Shown one piece after another: positions 31,001 through 39,518 of a DNA stretch of 64,000 nucleotides. Within the stretch, counting starts at the first letter, position 1; each line of letters opens with the position of its first letter. The DNA lies in contig JBJHCF010000022.1 of the NCBI GenBank assembly GCA_050506795.1, forward strand, positions 1 through 64,000, written 5' to 3'. The notes below the pieces were generated by a model. That model was not told the DNA's origin. It searched no databases and saw only the letters and a list, made by a program, of their open reading frames with translations. The stretch comes from Opitutia bacterium (GTDB lineage Bacteria > Verrucomicrobiota > Verrucomicrobiia > Opitutales > T3Sed10-336). The position numbers and the translations under genes were made by a program.

Positions 31001-31746
31001 TTCCGGGGGCCTCCTATGGTGAAGGCGGTCCTTTCCTTGATGGAACGGATAATTACTTCGTCCTGCTTGGCGATACCCGTTCCGGGCTCGATTCAATTTA
31101 CACCATGGAGGTGGAAGCCATACGGGAAGGCGAGGAGTGGATTCTGAGCGCGACGCTGACAGACGCCGACGGTTTTTCCGAAACGGTCACTGCCTCCCAC
31201 GGTCCGGCGTTGAGTGGGGGAGATGTTTTTGGGGTTATCGTTCAGCATCTGGATCGAGCCGATACTTCAGAGACTCCTGTGACGCCGATCTGGGACACCT
31301 TTTCTCTAACGATGGACTTTGTCGTCCCTCCGGTACTGAGTGGCTTCGATGCCTGGGCGGCGGAGTATTTCCCGAACAACGTCAACGATCCCCAGGTTAG
31401 CGGTCCGGCGGCGATGCCGTCTGGAGACGGGGTCATGAACCTGATCAAGTACGCTTTGGGTCTGCCCCCATTGGAACCGGTTTCGTCAGCAGACTTGCCC
31501 GGGGCCGGTCTGAACGAAGAGGGACAACTGGTATTCGTTTATTGGGAACGGACCGATATCAACGATGTGGTCTACATTCCGGAAGTATCTGAAGATCTGA
31601 TGGAGTGGGATACCGGACCCGATCATTTGGTGGAGATTTTTAGGAATCCAGCCGGCGGGAACGTTGAGGAGGTCGGTGTGAGGCCGAATAACCTGGAAGG
31701 CGCGAACCGTGTATTTCTTCGGTTGCGCCTGGAGCAAAGTGATTAA
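28066..31746 (+). CDS. Large secreted multi-domain protein: 3 RPWR beta-sandwich repeats, other sandwich domains and a verrucomicrobial C-terminal domain
   Basis: Signal peptide; repeats at about 28183-28710, 28756-29247 and 29488-29967; C-terminal GDGVMNLIKYALG...FLRLRLEQ. Confidence 0.85.
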   Translation: MFKNTKGSSIRVTRPGKFPAVIALSLVFSGVLFAEDAETIAFVEDGVLQNATVVGPGVEQHGDHILIQGTGTGLASNLALMEGDFHIKATLAFEVDGTAAGFVFGFHGNTGSFLGNPTGYFGFDSGSQNLFVEGGFMNAAQGTGPASEGAPASDFIEDGVPFLFEAIREDGILTVLIDEVEVYSQEIGNQAIGHLGIRPWRANMQVFGFSASGNLIGVTLPAKENFGEYSIFVENGTVSDVNLIGDGWEHIDNYIVAQGTGKFLQTTIRLLEGDFHIEAEVAMDALNGTAASFRFGNDDFGFDGGRQVFFQSGPLYGPGVGVGPAAAGFPAGAYIQGGQPFLLEAKRVGNTLTVMIDGVGIYQKEFGSDGIGTLAFRPWRSEMRIYNFRVAGNLEEPASLPIDDHFGQVRYISLLGGLTEGVGYQLGPVGTGTEPFLDDDISIVSMPSNLDGNLGFRTSNAQFYWGMEMPDNEPIVFVEDGEAMFMREVGPAWSQGDGFVFNQGTQRWLRTNALLREGDFHIKATMAINAINGTAATFQMGNAHFGFDSGGQNLFVEGGFFGGVVQLDPAADYIEGGVPFLFEAIREGNIIRFLIDEVQVYQRDIGANQVIGSVGFRPWRSEMRVYDFEVTGNFGWTNHLAFEIDRETSVYIANDPEYEADWLTDRFTKTEMTIETTGGDFDVWERVFDARDFVMLPGNGGDGHNYWVLLSKKPSAITESPINYVRTPGGDDWSLVRNGWRLTTDPESLLHSGRLLTGISNFVPEQGVRIRAEFRVPQLQHGGDNSYGLLVMGDSTLTPNQGIRAEWLPRQADGSSTFRLVNNANRTVLEGENSSVSWGGLAPTRTNDWVTGDDQIDLVWDSRASELASPYFLDDDSKVIVRLPDGLDPGFLLDAIKTENDLSNSSENFVQFTVESGEPGDGNEGVTVFVAWDIRNSGFEPDWLTEGFSKTDHLVQVTGGAQFHRLWAAEYPEGAVVTLPGASYGEGGPFLDGTDNYFVLLGDTRSGLDSIYTMEVEAIREGEEWILSATLTDADGFSETVTASHGPALSGGDVFGVIVQHLDRADTSETPVTPIWDTFSLTMDFVVPPVLSGFDAWAAEYFPNNVNDPQVSGPAAMPSGDGVMNLIKYALGLPPLEPVSSADLPGAGLNEEGQLVFVYWERTDINDVVYIPEVSEDLMEWDTGPDHLVEIFRNPAGGNVEEVGVRPNNLEGANRVFLRLRLEQSD

Positions 31747-31767
31747 GGTTTGAAAGTTAGGTGGATT

Positions 31768-31801
31768 GGAGTCCGCCCGGATTGAAAAACGGGCGGACTC
31801 C
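31768..31801 (+). terminator. 12-bp stem-loop (terminator or mRNA stabiliser)
   Basis: ggagtccgcccg-10 nt-cgggcggactcc; no clear U-tract. Confidence 0.55.
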
Positions 31802-31899
31802 GGCTTGCTGAAGGAGTGGATGTAAAAGTGCGGCGTTTTCCGTTGGCGGTTTGATGGGATTTCTTCCGCGATTTTAAGAGAACAACTGATTAACACAAC

Positions 31900-34263
31900 A
31901 TGGTTTTTGGAATAGGCACTCAAGTTATTGGAAATGCAATCGCTGGTTTAGGTCTGGCAGTCTTCGCCTTATGGGCCGGACATGACCTTTCAGGAAGGGA
32001 GAGTGTGGGAGCTTTGCCGCAGGAAGGGCCGCTCGCGCCCTTTATGGGGGAAGCACGGTTTGACTCTGCCTTGATTATAGAAGGGGAGAGATTTCCCAAC
32101 GTGGTAATTGGAACAGACGGGACCGTATTGGCAACCTGGGGAACCACCAACGTTCTTGTTCGGCGTAGCGAAGACGGAGGGGAGAATTGGGGGCCTGAAA
32201 TCCCCATTGGTCCTGGAATCCATGGTGGTGGCGTGGTGGTTGATGAAAGCAGCGGTGATATCCAGGCTTTTGTCGAAGAGGGACATCCTCCCTCCCCGCT
32301 GACTGTCTACCGCAGCGTCGACCATGGCAAAACCTGGGCAGTTGACGAAGTGACGATCCACCCGGACGAGAAAGGAAATGTGCCCTCGATGCACATGAAC
32401 GAGCGGGGGATCACGCTTCGGCACGGGCCACATGCCGGACGTCTGTTGCGTCCGACACGATCCTACGCGGGAGGCAATGCCCAGGTACATTGGCCGGACC
32501 ATTATACCAATGCAATTTTCAGTGATGATGGTGGAAAAACCTGGCATACCAGCGCTCCCTTTCCGGCAATGGGCACCGGAGAGGCGACGCTGGAGGAGTT
32601 GTCGGACGGACGGATCTACTACAACTCGCGAAGGCACCTTTCGACTGACGGTCTGGACCCGCTGAGAAGGTATATCGCCTGGAGTGAAGACGGAGGCGAG
32701 ACCTGGAAAGACCTTTCGGTGAGCGAGGAGTTGCCCGACGGGCCCCAGAACACGACCTATGGATTAATGGCCGGATTGGTGCGGTTGCCGGTCGAAGGTC
32801 ATGATATTCTTTTGTTTAGCAATGTAGATTCGGCGAGTGGACGCCGCAATGGTCACGTATGGCTAAGCCTTGATGGCGGGCTGACATGGCCGTTAAAGCG
32901 ACGGGTTGAGGAAGGTGGGTTCGCCTACTCATCAATGGCCGCCGGACGTCCGGGAACACCGAGTGAGGGTTGGATCTATGTTTTCTACGAAACCGGAGGG
33001 CATCCGCATTCGGGGGGGAAGGTCGCGCGGTTCAACCTGACGTGGGTATTGGAAGGAGCTTTGGAATCGGCTTCGCAGAGGATAGGTGAAGCGGAGCTTT
33101 TGCTGAAAAACGCCTTAGTCGGGGATAAGCCCGGTGAATACCCTGCAGAAGCAGTGCATGAACTGAGCCAAGCGAAACTGGCTTTGGAAGGACAGCTCGA
33201 TGGCCTCTCTCTGGAGGATCTCTTCGAGCATACAGGAATCCTTGAGGAACTGAAAGCGAGCCAGAAGGAACTGGAGGATGCGATTAGACAATTCAGGCTT
33301 TCGAGAGTTAGGTCCGAGGGGACGTTGATTTTCATCGAACAAGGAGTCGCCCTGGCGATGGAGGAGATCGGCGCGCCCTGGCAACAGGGCGAGGGTTACC
33401 TCTTTCAGCAGGGGACAGGCAACGCGCTTGTTACCCTGACCGGTCTGTTGGATGGGGATTTTCATATCGAAGTTCTGCTTTCTCTCGATGCCGTCGCCGC
33501 AACCGCCGCGAGCTTCGTGTTTAACGTCGGCCCACCGGCAAGCTTTTCCGGGAGCCATTTTGGTTTCGACTCGGGTTCAAGGACATTATTTGTGGAAGGG
33601 GGATTTTTCGGACCAACCCGGCTACTCGAACATGCGGCCGCTGATTTTATCGACGACGGAGAACCCTTTTTGTTTGAGGCTATTCGGGAAGGGGAGACGT
33701 TGCGCATCTATATCGACGGAGTGGAAGTGTATCAGCACGACATCGGTTCCGGGCCGATTGAATCCCTTGGCCTAAGGCCTTGGAGGTCGGAGATGCGGGT
33801 TTATGAATTTCGGGTTTTTGGAAACCTGGAGACCGTTTTGCTACCTGAATTGGGCAGCTATGACTCGTGGTTTTACCACCATTTCAATTACGAGCAACGG
33901 GCCGATCCCTTGGTCAGTACCCCTTCCGCGGCCCCCGCCGGTGACGGTGTCCCCAACCTTTTAAAATATGCCCTGGATATCGATCCCTTTCTTCCTGCTC
34001 CGGCTGGAAGAATGCCGGGAATTAATCTGGAGGCAGACGGGGTGCCGACTTTTGTTTATGAGGAACGAACGGACATAAGCGATGTGGAATACATTGCGGA
34101 AGTCTCACGAGACCTCGTCGACTGGCGGTATGACGTGGAAAGTATCTTCGAAGTTTCGCGAGATGCGGTCGGCCATCATCTTGAACGCGTCGGCATGCGT
34201 ACGGATCTTTCAGGTGATAGCGAACGTGCGTTCTTCCGTTTGAGAATAGAACAGACAAATTGA
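31900..34263 (+). CDS. GH33-like sialidase + helical linker + RPWR module + C-terminal domain
   Basis: Five Asp-boxes (SEDGGENW, SVDHGKTW, SDDGGKTW, SEDGGETW, SLDGGLTW), RFP, GEATL, AYSS. Confidence 0.88.
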   Translation: MVFGIGTQVIGNAIAGLGLAVFALWAGHDLSGRESVGALPQEGPLAPFMGEARFDSALIIEGERFPNVVIGTDGTVLATWGTTNVLVRRSEDGGENWGPEIPIGPGIHGGGVVVDESSGDIQAFVEEGHPPSPLTVYRSVDHGKTWAVDEVTIHPDEKGNVPSMHMNERGITLRHGPHAGRLLRPTRSYAGGNAQVHWPDHYTNAIFSDDGGKTWHTSAPFPAMGTGEATLEELSDGRIYYNSRRHLSTDGLDPLRRYIAWSEDGGETWKDLSVSEELPDGPQNTTYGLMAGLVRLPVEGHDILLFSNVDSASGRRNGHVWLSLDGGLTWPLKRRVEEGGFAYSSMAAGRPGTPSEGWIYVFYETGGHPHSGGKVARFNLTWVLEGALESASQRIGEAELLLKNALVGDKPGEYPAEAVHELSQAKLALEGQLDGLSLEDLFEHTGILEELKASQKELEDAIRQFRLSRVRSEGTLIFIEQGVALAMEEIGAPWQQGEGYLFQQGTGNALVTLTGLLDGDFHIEVLLSLDAVAATAASFVFNVGPPASFSGSHFGFDSGSRTLFVEGGFFGPTRLLEHAAADFIDDGEPFLFEAIREGETLRIYIDGVEVYQHDIGSGPIESLGLRPWRSEMRVYEFRVFGNLETVLLPELGSYDSWFYHHFNYEQRADPLVSTPSAAPAGDGVPNLLKYALDIDPFLPAPAGRMPGINLEADGVPTFVYEERTDISDVEYIAEVSRDLVDWRYDVESIFEVSRDAVGHHLERVGMRTDLSGDSERAFFRLRIEQTN

Positions 34264-34298
34264 TCCGGGCTACGGATCTAAAAAAATCACCCACAATT

Positions 34299-35528
34299 AT
34301 GCATAGACTAATATCATTTCTTGCGGTTGGTGCCATGGCGGCGACCGGGTTCGGCACCGGTTGCACCACCGCCAATCCTGGACATTATCAGGACGCGGAT
34401 CGCGCTGAAGGCCAGTTGCAGCCTTTCCTGGGCGCACCATATCTCGAAGTACAGGAACTTTTTATAGGAGAGCGGTTTCCAAACGTGGTGGTTGCGATGG
34501 ACGGAAGTGTCATCGCCACCTGGGGCGCGCAGAATTACCGGGTGCGGCGGAGTGAGGACGGCGGTCAAAGCTGGGGTTATGAAATTGCCATCGGTAGCGG
34601 TATGCACGGAGGGGGTGTTGTGGTCGATGAGAGAAGCGGCGACATTCTGGTATTTGTGGAACAGGGACATCCTCCGGCCCCATTGACTGTTTACAGGAGC
34701 CATGATCACGGCCTGACCTGGCAGGCGGAAGATGTCACAATTCTTCCGGACGGGAAAGGGAATGTCCCATCCATGCACATGAATGAGCGCGGGATCACGT
34801 TGCGGCGTGGAGAGTACGCTGGTCGCCTGATCCGTCCCTCGCGTTCATACGCCAGTGGAAATGCCCGTGAATTTTGGTCTGAACATTATACAAACGCAAT
34901 CTACAGTGACGACGGCGGCAGGACTTGGCATACCAGTCAGCCTTTTCCGTTCTACGGTACCGGTGAAGCGGCAATAGAAGAGCTGTCTGATGGGAGGCTT
35001 TATTACAATTCCAGGCGGCACCTCTCGACCGACGGCCTTGACCCCCGACGGCGGTATGAAGCCTGGAGCGATGACGGTGGGGAGACCTGGGAAGACGGTG
35101 GAATTATCCAGGTATTGCCGGATGGTCCGCAGAGTTTGGATTATGGCTTAATGGCGGGATTAGTTCGATTGCCGGTGACGGGACGGGATATCCTGGTTTT
35201 CAGCAATGTGGATTCGCCCGGCAAACCGGATGGTGATGATAGTAATTGGAGCGAGCGTCGTCGCGGCACACTTTGGGTAAGTTTCGATGGTGGCGCGACC
35301 TGGCCGGTGAAACGTTTGTTGAATGAGGGTCCTTTCGCATATTCATCGTTGACCGCCGGACGCCCCGGGACACCGAGCGAGGGATGGATTTATCTGCAGT
35401 TCGAGGGAGGTCCGCGCGGCGCTCATTCGGACGGTAATCTCGCGCGTTTCAACCTTTCATGGCTGCTGGAAGGCGAACCGACCGGCGACGGACACGTACC
35501 GGATTGGGCGCGCGGGCATGATTATTGA
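34299..35528 (+). CDS. GH33-like sialidase, probable lipoprotein
   Basis: Asp-boxes, RFP, AYSS; lipobox-like FGTGC; close paralog of the upstream catalytic domain. Confidence 0.88.
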   Translation: MHRLISFLAVGAMAATGFGTGCTTANPGHYQDADRAEGQLQPFLGAPYLEVQELFIGERFPNVVVAMDGSVIATWGAQNYRVRRSEDGGQSWGYEIAIGSGMHGGGVVVDERSGDILVFVEQGHPPAPLTVYRSHDHGLTWQAEDVTILPDGKGNVPSMHMNERGITLRRGEYAGRLIRPSRSYASGNAREFWSEHYTNAIYSDDGGRTWHTSQPFPFYGTGEAAIEELSDGRLYYNSRRHLSTDGLDPRRRYEAWSDDGGETWEDGGIIQVLPDGPQSLDYGLMAGLVRLPVTGRDILVFSNVDSPGKPDGDDSNWSERRRGTLWVSFDGGATWPVKRLLNEGPFAYSSLTAGRPGTPSEGWIYLQFEGGPRGAHSDGNLARFNLSWLLEGEPTGDGHVPDWARGHDY

Positions 35529-35552
35529 GAGAGCCGAAGAAGGAGGGGCATA

Positions 35553-35693
35553 GAATTTGGAATTTGGATTTGCGACTTTGGATTTTCCATTGGCTCGCTC
35601 CGCGGGCACCAGTCTCGCCTTCCTTCGGGAAGAGGGGCCACTTATTTTGCGCGAAGCGCAGAACTTAAATCTAAAATCCAAAATCTAAAATTC
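35553..35693. repeat. Inverted-repeat element with heptamer-periodic arms
   Basis: Left arm gaatttggaatttggatttgcgactttggatttt; right arm aaatctaaaatccaaaatctaaaattc; GC-rich core. Confidence 0.65.
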
Positions 35694-35716
35694 CGACTGT
35701 CGGTATTAGGGGAAAT

Positions 35717-36982
35717 ATGAACGTAAACGAAAACATACAGCGACTCAAAGGATGCCAATGGCTTGAGATTCAGTCGGCGCGCCTTTTGGGGGGGTGGCTC
35801 CCGGGAATTCCGAAATGGGAAATCAAGGGTATGATCGCGCTCCACCTTTGGCAGGATGCACAACGGAGCCAGCAAATCAGGACCCGTTTATGGGAATTGC
35901 GGACGCCGTTTCCCGATCGGAAACTTCCGGGCAACCCGGCGGCGATCATCGCCGCCCTGTCCCGGGCACAGCATGATTACGAGTTTCTTGCCGGATTGTA
36001 TCTCGGATTGAAACGAACCCTGATCTCTGAGTACAAGGATTTGCTGGCACAGACCAACGGTGTCTGTGATGCTCCGACCCTGCCGCTCCTGACCCTTGCC
36101 ATATCCGGTTTGGAAAACCAAGTGCAATGGGCTCAACCAGTCATTGCCGAGTTGGCCGACACCGGGGAGAGGCAGCGACAAGTTGCCCGGTGGAGGACCT
36201 ACATCGAGAATGTCCTCGATCGACAGGGCTTCTTTGAAACGATCGAAAATTCCCCCGCCGCGGGCGGCTCCATTGTCGAACCACCGCCCGGTTATTCAGA
36301 TTCTCCGCTCCCCTTCGCCAACGCAAAAAGAGATAGCCGTTTCCGTCTCTGCCTCGAAGGGCCGGCTCCACCCACCGGTGACGATTCCCTGGGCAGGACG
36401 CTTTTTCAATTCGCGAATTATGCCCACGAGATGCAAGCGGCCGAGACCTTGGGTAGCGTTCTTTGGGAGGCGGACGAGATGGACTGGGAATTCTATTTCG
36501 ACGTGGCCCGCCACTGCTATGACGAAGCCCGCCATTCCCAACTCGGAGAAACACGGTTGCGGGAATTGGGTCATCATATCAGCGACTTTCCTCACACAGT
36601 GGCAAACTACGCATGGAGACAGCTCATCGATCCGATGCGGCGATACTGCGTACTCACCTACGTAATTGAAGCCGATAGCTTCGAATATAAGCACAAGACT
36701 TACAATCGCTATCTTGAAATCGGGGATACCCTATCCGCGGAATCTGTTCTTTTCGACATCATCGATGAGACAATGCATGTTCGATGGGGCAAGAAATGGA
36801 CCCCGAAACTTATCGAACGCTACGGGTACGACAAGCCGCTGGAAGATCTTATCAGGGAATGCCGGACGCTTTTAGTGGAGAACACGGTGAGTCCCTTGCA
36901 AAGGGATTCCGCACAACAAGCCGCGTGTAGAGTCCAGGCATCAAGCGCACCGGAGGGTACTGAGACTTACGCAGGAAGGTAG
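35717..36982 (+). CDS. DUF455-like ferritin-fold (diiron) protein
   Basis: HEMQAAE, WEFYFDVARHCYDEARH, IE, DETMHVRWG carboxylate/His ligand pattern. Confidence 0.75.
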   Translation: MNVNENIQRLKGCQWLEIQSARLLGGWLPGIPKWEIKGMIALHLWQDAQRSQQIRTRLWELRTPFPDRKLPGNPAAIIAALSRAQHDYEFLAGLYLGLKRTLISEYKDLLAQTNGVCDAPTLPLLTLAISGLENQVQWAQPVIAELADTGERQRQVARWRTYIENVLDRQGFFETIENSPAAGGSIVEPPPGYSDSPLPFANAKRDSRFRLCLEGPAPPTGDDSLGRTLFQFANYAHEMQAAETLGSVLWEADEMDWEFYFDVARHCYDEARHSQLGETRLRELGHHISDFPHTVANYAWRQLIDPMRRYCVLTYVIEADSFEYKHKTYNRYLEIGDTLSAESVLFDIIDETMHVRWGKKWTPKLIERYGYDKPLEDLIRECRTLLVENTVSPLQRDSAQQAACRVQASSAPEGTETYAGR

Positions 36983-37215
36983 TTTGCGAACGCCGGCCAG
37001 GAAAAGGGAGAATGTTGAAAGGCGAAAATAGGCTGAACCCTTTTGGAGGACGGCGCTCCGTCGTTGCCGGGTGTTGCATTGCTCGGTGCCATCGGCCATC
37101 AGTTTTATGGCGGGTATAATCATGAGACGATAGAGTAGGTTCGGGCGTCCAGCCTGGTTCAGTTCAGCAATCTATTTGTGAAATCATTGGATTGAGCGGC
37201 TTCCGCCGCGGAGAT

Positions 37216-38598
37216 ATGAAAAACAAAAACCATAGAATTAACCGCCGTCGTTTTATCGGGAAAATAGCCGCTGCCGGTGCCGCCGGTCTTGCATTTCCTT
37301 TTGTTGCTCCCACAAGTTGGGCCGGAAACAAGGGCCCGGCGTTACGGGTAGCTATGATCGGGGTCGGGGGGATTGGAGACCTGCACGCGGCTTATATGGA
37401 GCGTTTGGGCGCGGTATGCTCGTGTTACGCGGAGGTGGACACGCGACGGGTAGGGAACGCGACAAGCCGCTGGCCGAAGGCACACGGTTTCCAGGATTAC
37501 CGTCGGATGTTCGATGAGAAACACAGAGAGTTCGATGCGGTAATGGTGGCTACTCCGGATCATCATCATTTTCCCGCTTCCATGTTGGCGTTGATCCATG
37601 ACAAGCATTGTTTCACTCAAAAACCGCTGACCCACAGCATTGGTGAAGCCCGTCTGCTCCGGGAGGCGTCGGCGATCAAGAAGGTTGCCACCCAAATGGG
37701 GAACCAGGGCCATGCCAACCTCGGAAACCGCCTGACCTATAGCTGGGTCAAAAGCGGCATGATCGGGGAGTTGAAGGAAGTCCATTGCTGGACGAACCGG
37801 CCGGTTTGGACGCAGGGACTGGCAACGCCGAAAGGTGAAGCGAATGTTCCCTCCGAATTGGATTGGGATGTCTTCATCGGACCTGCGCCATTTCGACCTT
37901 TCAATCACGAGCCTTCTAACGCATTTGGAGGGGTTTATCACCCGTTCAACTGGCGCGGGTGGTGGGACTTTGGTGGAGGCGCACTTGGTGACATGGCCTG
38001 TCACACCATGGATGGTTTTTACTGGTCGGTGCACCCGCGCCAACCGACAGCCTTCGAGATGGTGAAAACCAGTGGGTTCAACGGGACCAGTTTTCCGAAC
38101 CAATCAATCATCAAGCTAATCTTTGACGCCCGGGACGGAAAGCCGGAGTTGCCTGTCTATTGGTATTCAGGCGGCGCCAAGCCGGAACGTCCGGCTGAGT
38201 TGGAAGAGGAGTATGATCTGCCGGATTCGGGCGCCTTGCTGGTCGGTTCCACGGCAACGATTCTCTCCATCGGTGCCCTCGGTGAAAGCCCTCGTATTAT
38301 ACCGCGAACAAAATTCCTGGAAATTGGTCGTCCTGAGTTGTTGCTGGACCCCTCACCCGGTCACGCCGAGGAATGGTTTATGGCGTGCCGTGGGGAGAAG
38401 CCGCTGGATTTCCCGAAATCGAATTTTGACTACGCCGGACCTTTCACCGAAATGACGAATCTCGGCGTGCTTGCGCATCAGTTGAACGAGGGCGAAAGGG
38501 CTCATTGGGACACGGAGAAACTTCGGGTCACCGATCGGACGGATCTCAATAAGTTCGTGAACAAGTCGTACCGGGAAGGCTGGCATTTTAAGATTTGA
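37216..38598 (+). CDS. Tat-exported Gfo/Idh/MocA oxidoreductase
   Basis: RRRFIG, IGVGGIG, ATPDHHH, QKPL, TQMGNQ, WRGWWDFGGGALGDMACH. Confidence 0.92.
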   Translation: MKNKNHRINRRRFIGKIAAAGAAGLAFPFVAPTSWAGNKGPALRVAMIGVGGIGDLHAAYMERLGAVCSCYAEVDTRRVGNATSRWPKAHGFQDYRRMFDEKHREFDAVMVATPDHHHFPASMLALIHDKHCFTQKPLTHSIGEARLLREASAIKKVATQMGNQGHANLGNRLTYSWVKSGMIGELKEVHCWTNRPVWTQGLATPKGEANVPSELDWDVFIGPAPFRPFNHEPSNAFGGVYHPFNWRGWWDFGGGALGDMACHTMDGFYWSVHPRQPTAFEMVKTSGFNGTSFPNQSIIKLIFDARDGKPELPVYWYSGGAKPERPAELEEEYDLPDSGALLVGSTATILSIGALGESPRIIPRTKFLEIGRPELLLDPSPGHAEEWFMACRGEKPLDFPKSNFDYAGPFTEMTNLGVLAHQLNEGERAHWDTEKLRVTDRTDLNKFVNKSYREGWHFKI

Positions 38599-38648
38599 AG
38601 AGACCCTGGTTTCCATCATTTTAAGCAACGTGCAATCAGCTATTCGAT

Positions 38649-39518
38649 TTAGGCTTTAGCAGAATAGAACGGCAAATGCTGATGATGGGCGGTGACGCGG
38701 TGGGGCTGGTCCTGTAGCCGTTCGGCCAGCGTTTCAGTGAGAAATACCGAGCGATGTTTGCCGCCTGTGCAACCAATCCCAATCGAAAGGTAGCTCTTTC
38801 CCTCCTCGGCATATTCGGGGATCAAGAACCGCAAATACTCGGTTGTCTTATCGATAAAGGTCGCGGTGCGCGAATCACTGAGAATATAGTCCTGAATGGG
38901 CTTATCGAGTCCGGTAAGATCACGCAGTTCAGAGACAAAATGCGGGTTATGCAAAAAGCGAACATCGAACAATAAGTCACAGTTAGGTGGAATGCCGTAT
39001 TTAAACCCAAATGAGGTGATTTGAATCTGCATTCCCGCTGAACTGGTTCCGAAAAACTGATCGTTGATGCGTTGTTTAAGGTCATGAACCGTCATATTCG
39101 ACGAATCAATGATCGTCGTGGCGAGGTCTTTGAGATCACTTAAAAGCCGGCGTTCGCGGACAATGCCGTCGGCCACGCTTTGAGTTGAAAGCGGATGTTT
39201 GCGACGTGTCTCCGAAAAGCGCCGGGTCAGGACATCGTCGCTGGCTTCTATATACAAAATCTCGGCGTTTGGGAAATCGCGTAGCACTTGCCGAAACGCG
39301 TCCGGGTAGTGTTTAACGAAAGCCCTGTCCCGCAAATCCATCACTATCGCAATTTTTTGAATATCGGAAGGACCGGCCAAAAAGAGCTGGGTTAGTTTTT
39401 CGAGCAATTGAATCGGCAAATTATCAATGGCATAGAATCCCATATCTTCGAGGGCGTTCAAGGCCGTGGATTTGCCTGACCCGGATAGCCCGGATACGAT
39501 GACAAACTGATTGATCAT
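38649..39518 (-). CDS. rapZ: RNase adapter RapZ/YvcJ P-loop protein
   Basis: SGLSGSGKS, DNLP, RRFSETRRKHPL, SFGFKYG, DVRFL.NP, GCTGGKHRSV. Confidence 0.95.
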   Translation of the reverse strand: MINQFVIVSGLSGSGKSTALNALEDMGFYAIDNLPIQLLEKLTQLFLAGPSDIQKIAIVMDLRDRAFVKHYPDAFRQVLRDFPNAEILYIEASDDVLTRRFSETRRKHPLSTQSVADGIVRERRLLSDLKDLATTIIDSSNMTVHDLKQRINDQFFGTSSAGMQIQITSFGFKYGIPPNCDLLFDVRFLHNPHFVSELRDLTGLDKPIQDYILSDSRTATFIDKTTEYLRFLIPEYAEEGKSYLSIGIGCTGGKHRSVFLTETLAERLQDQPHRVTAHHQHLPFYSAKA

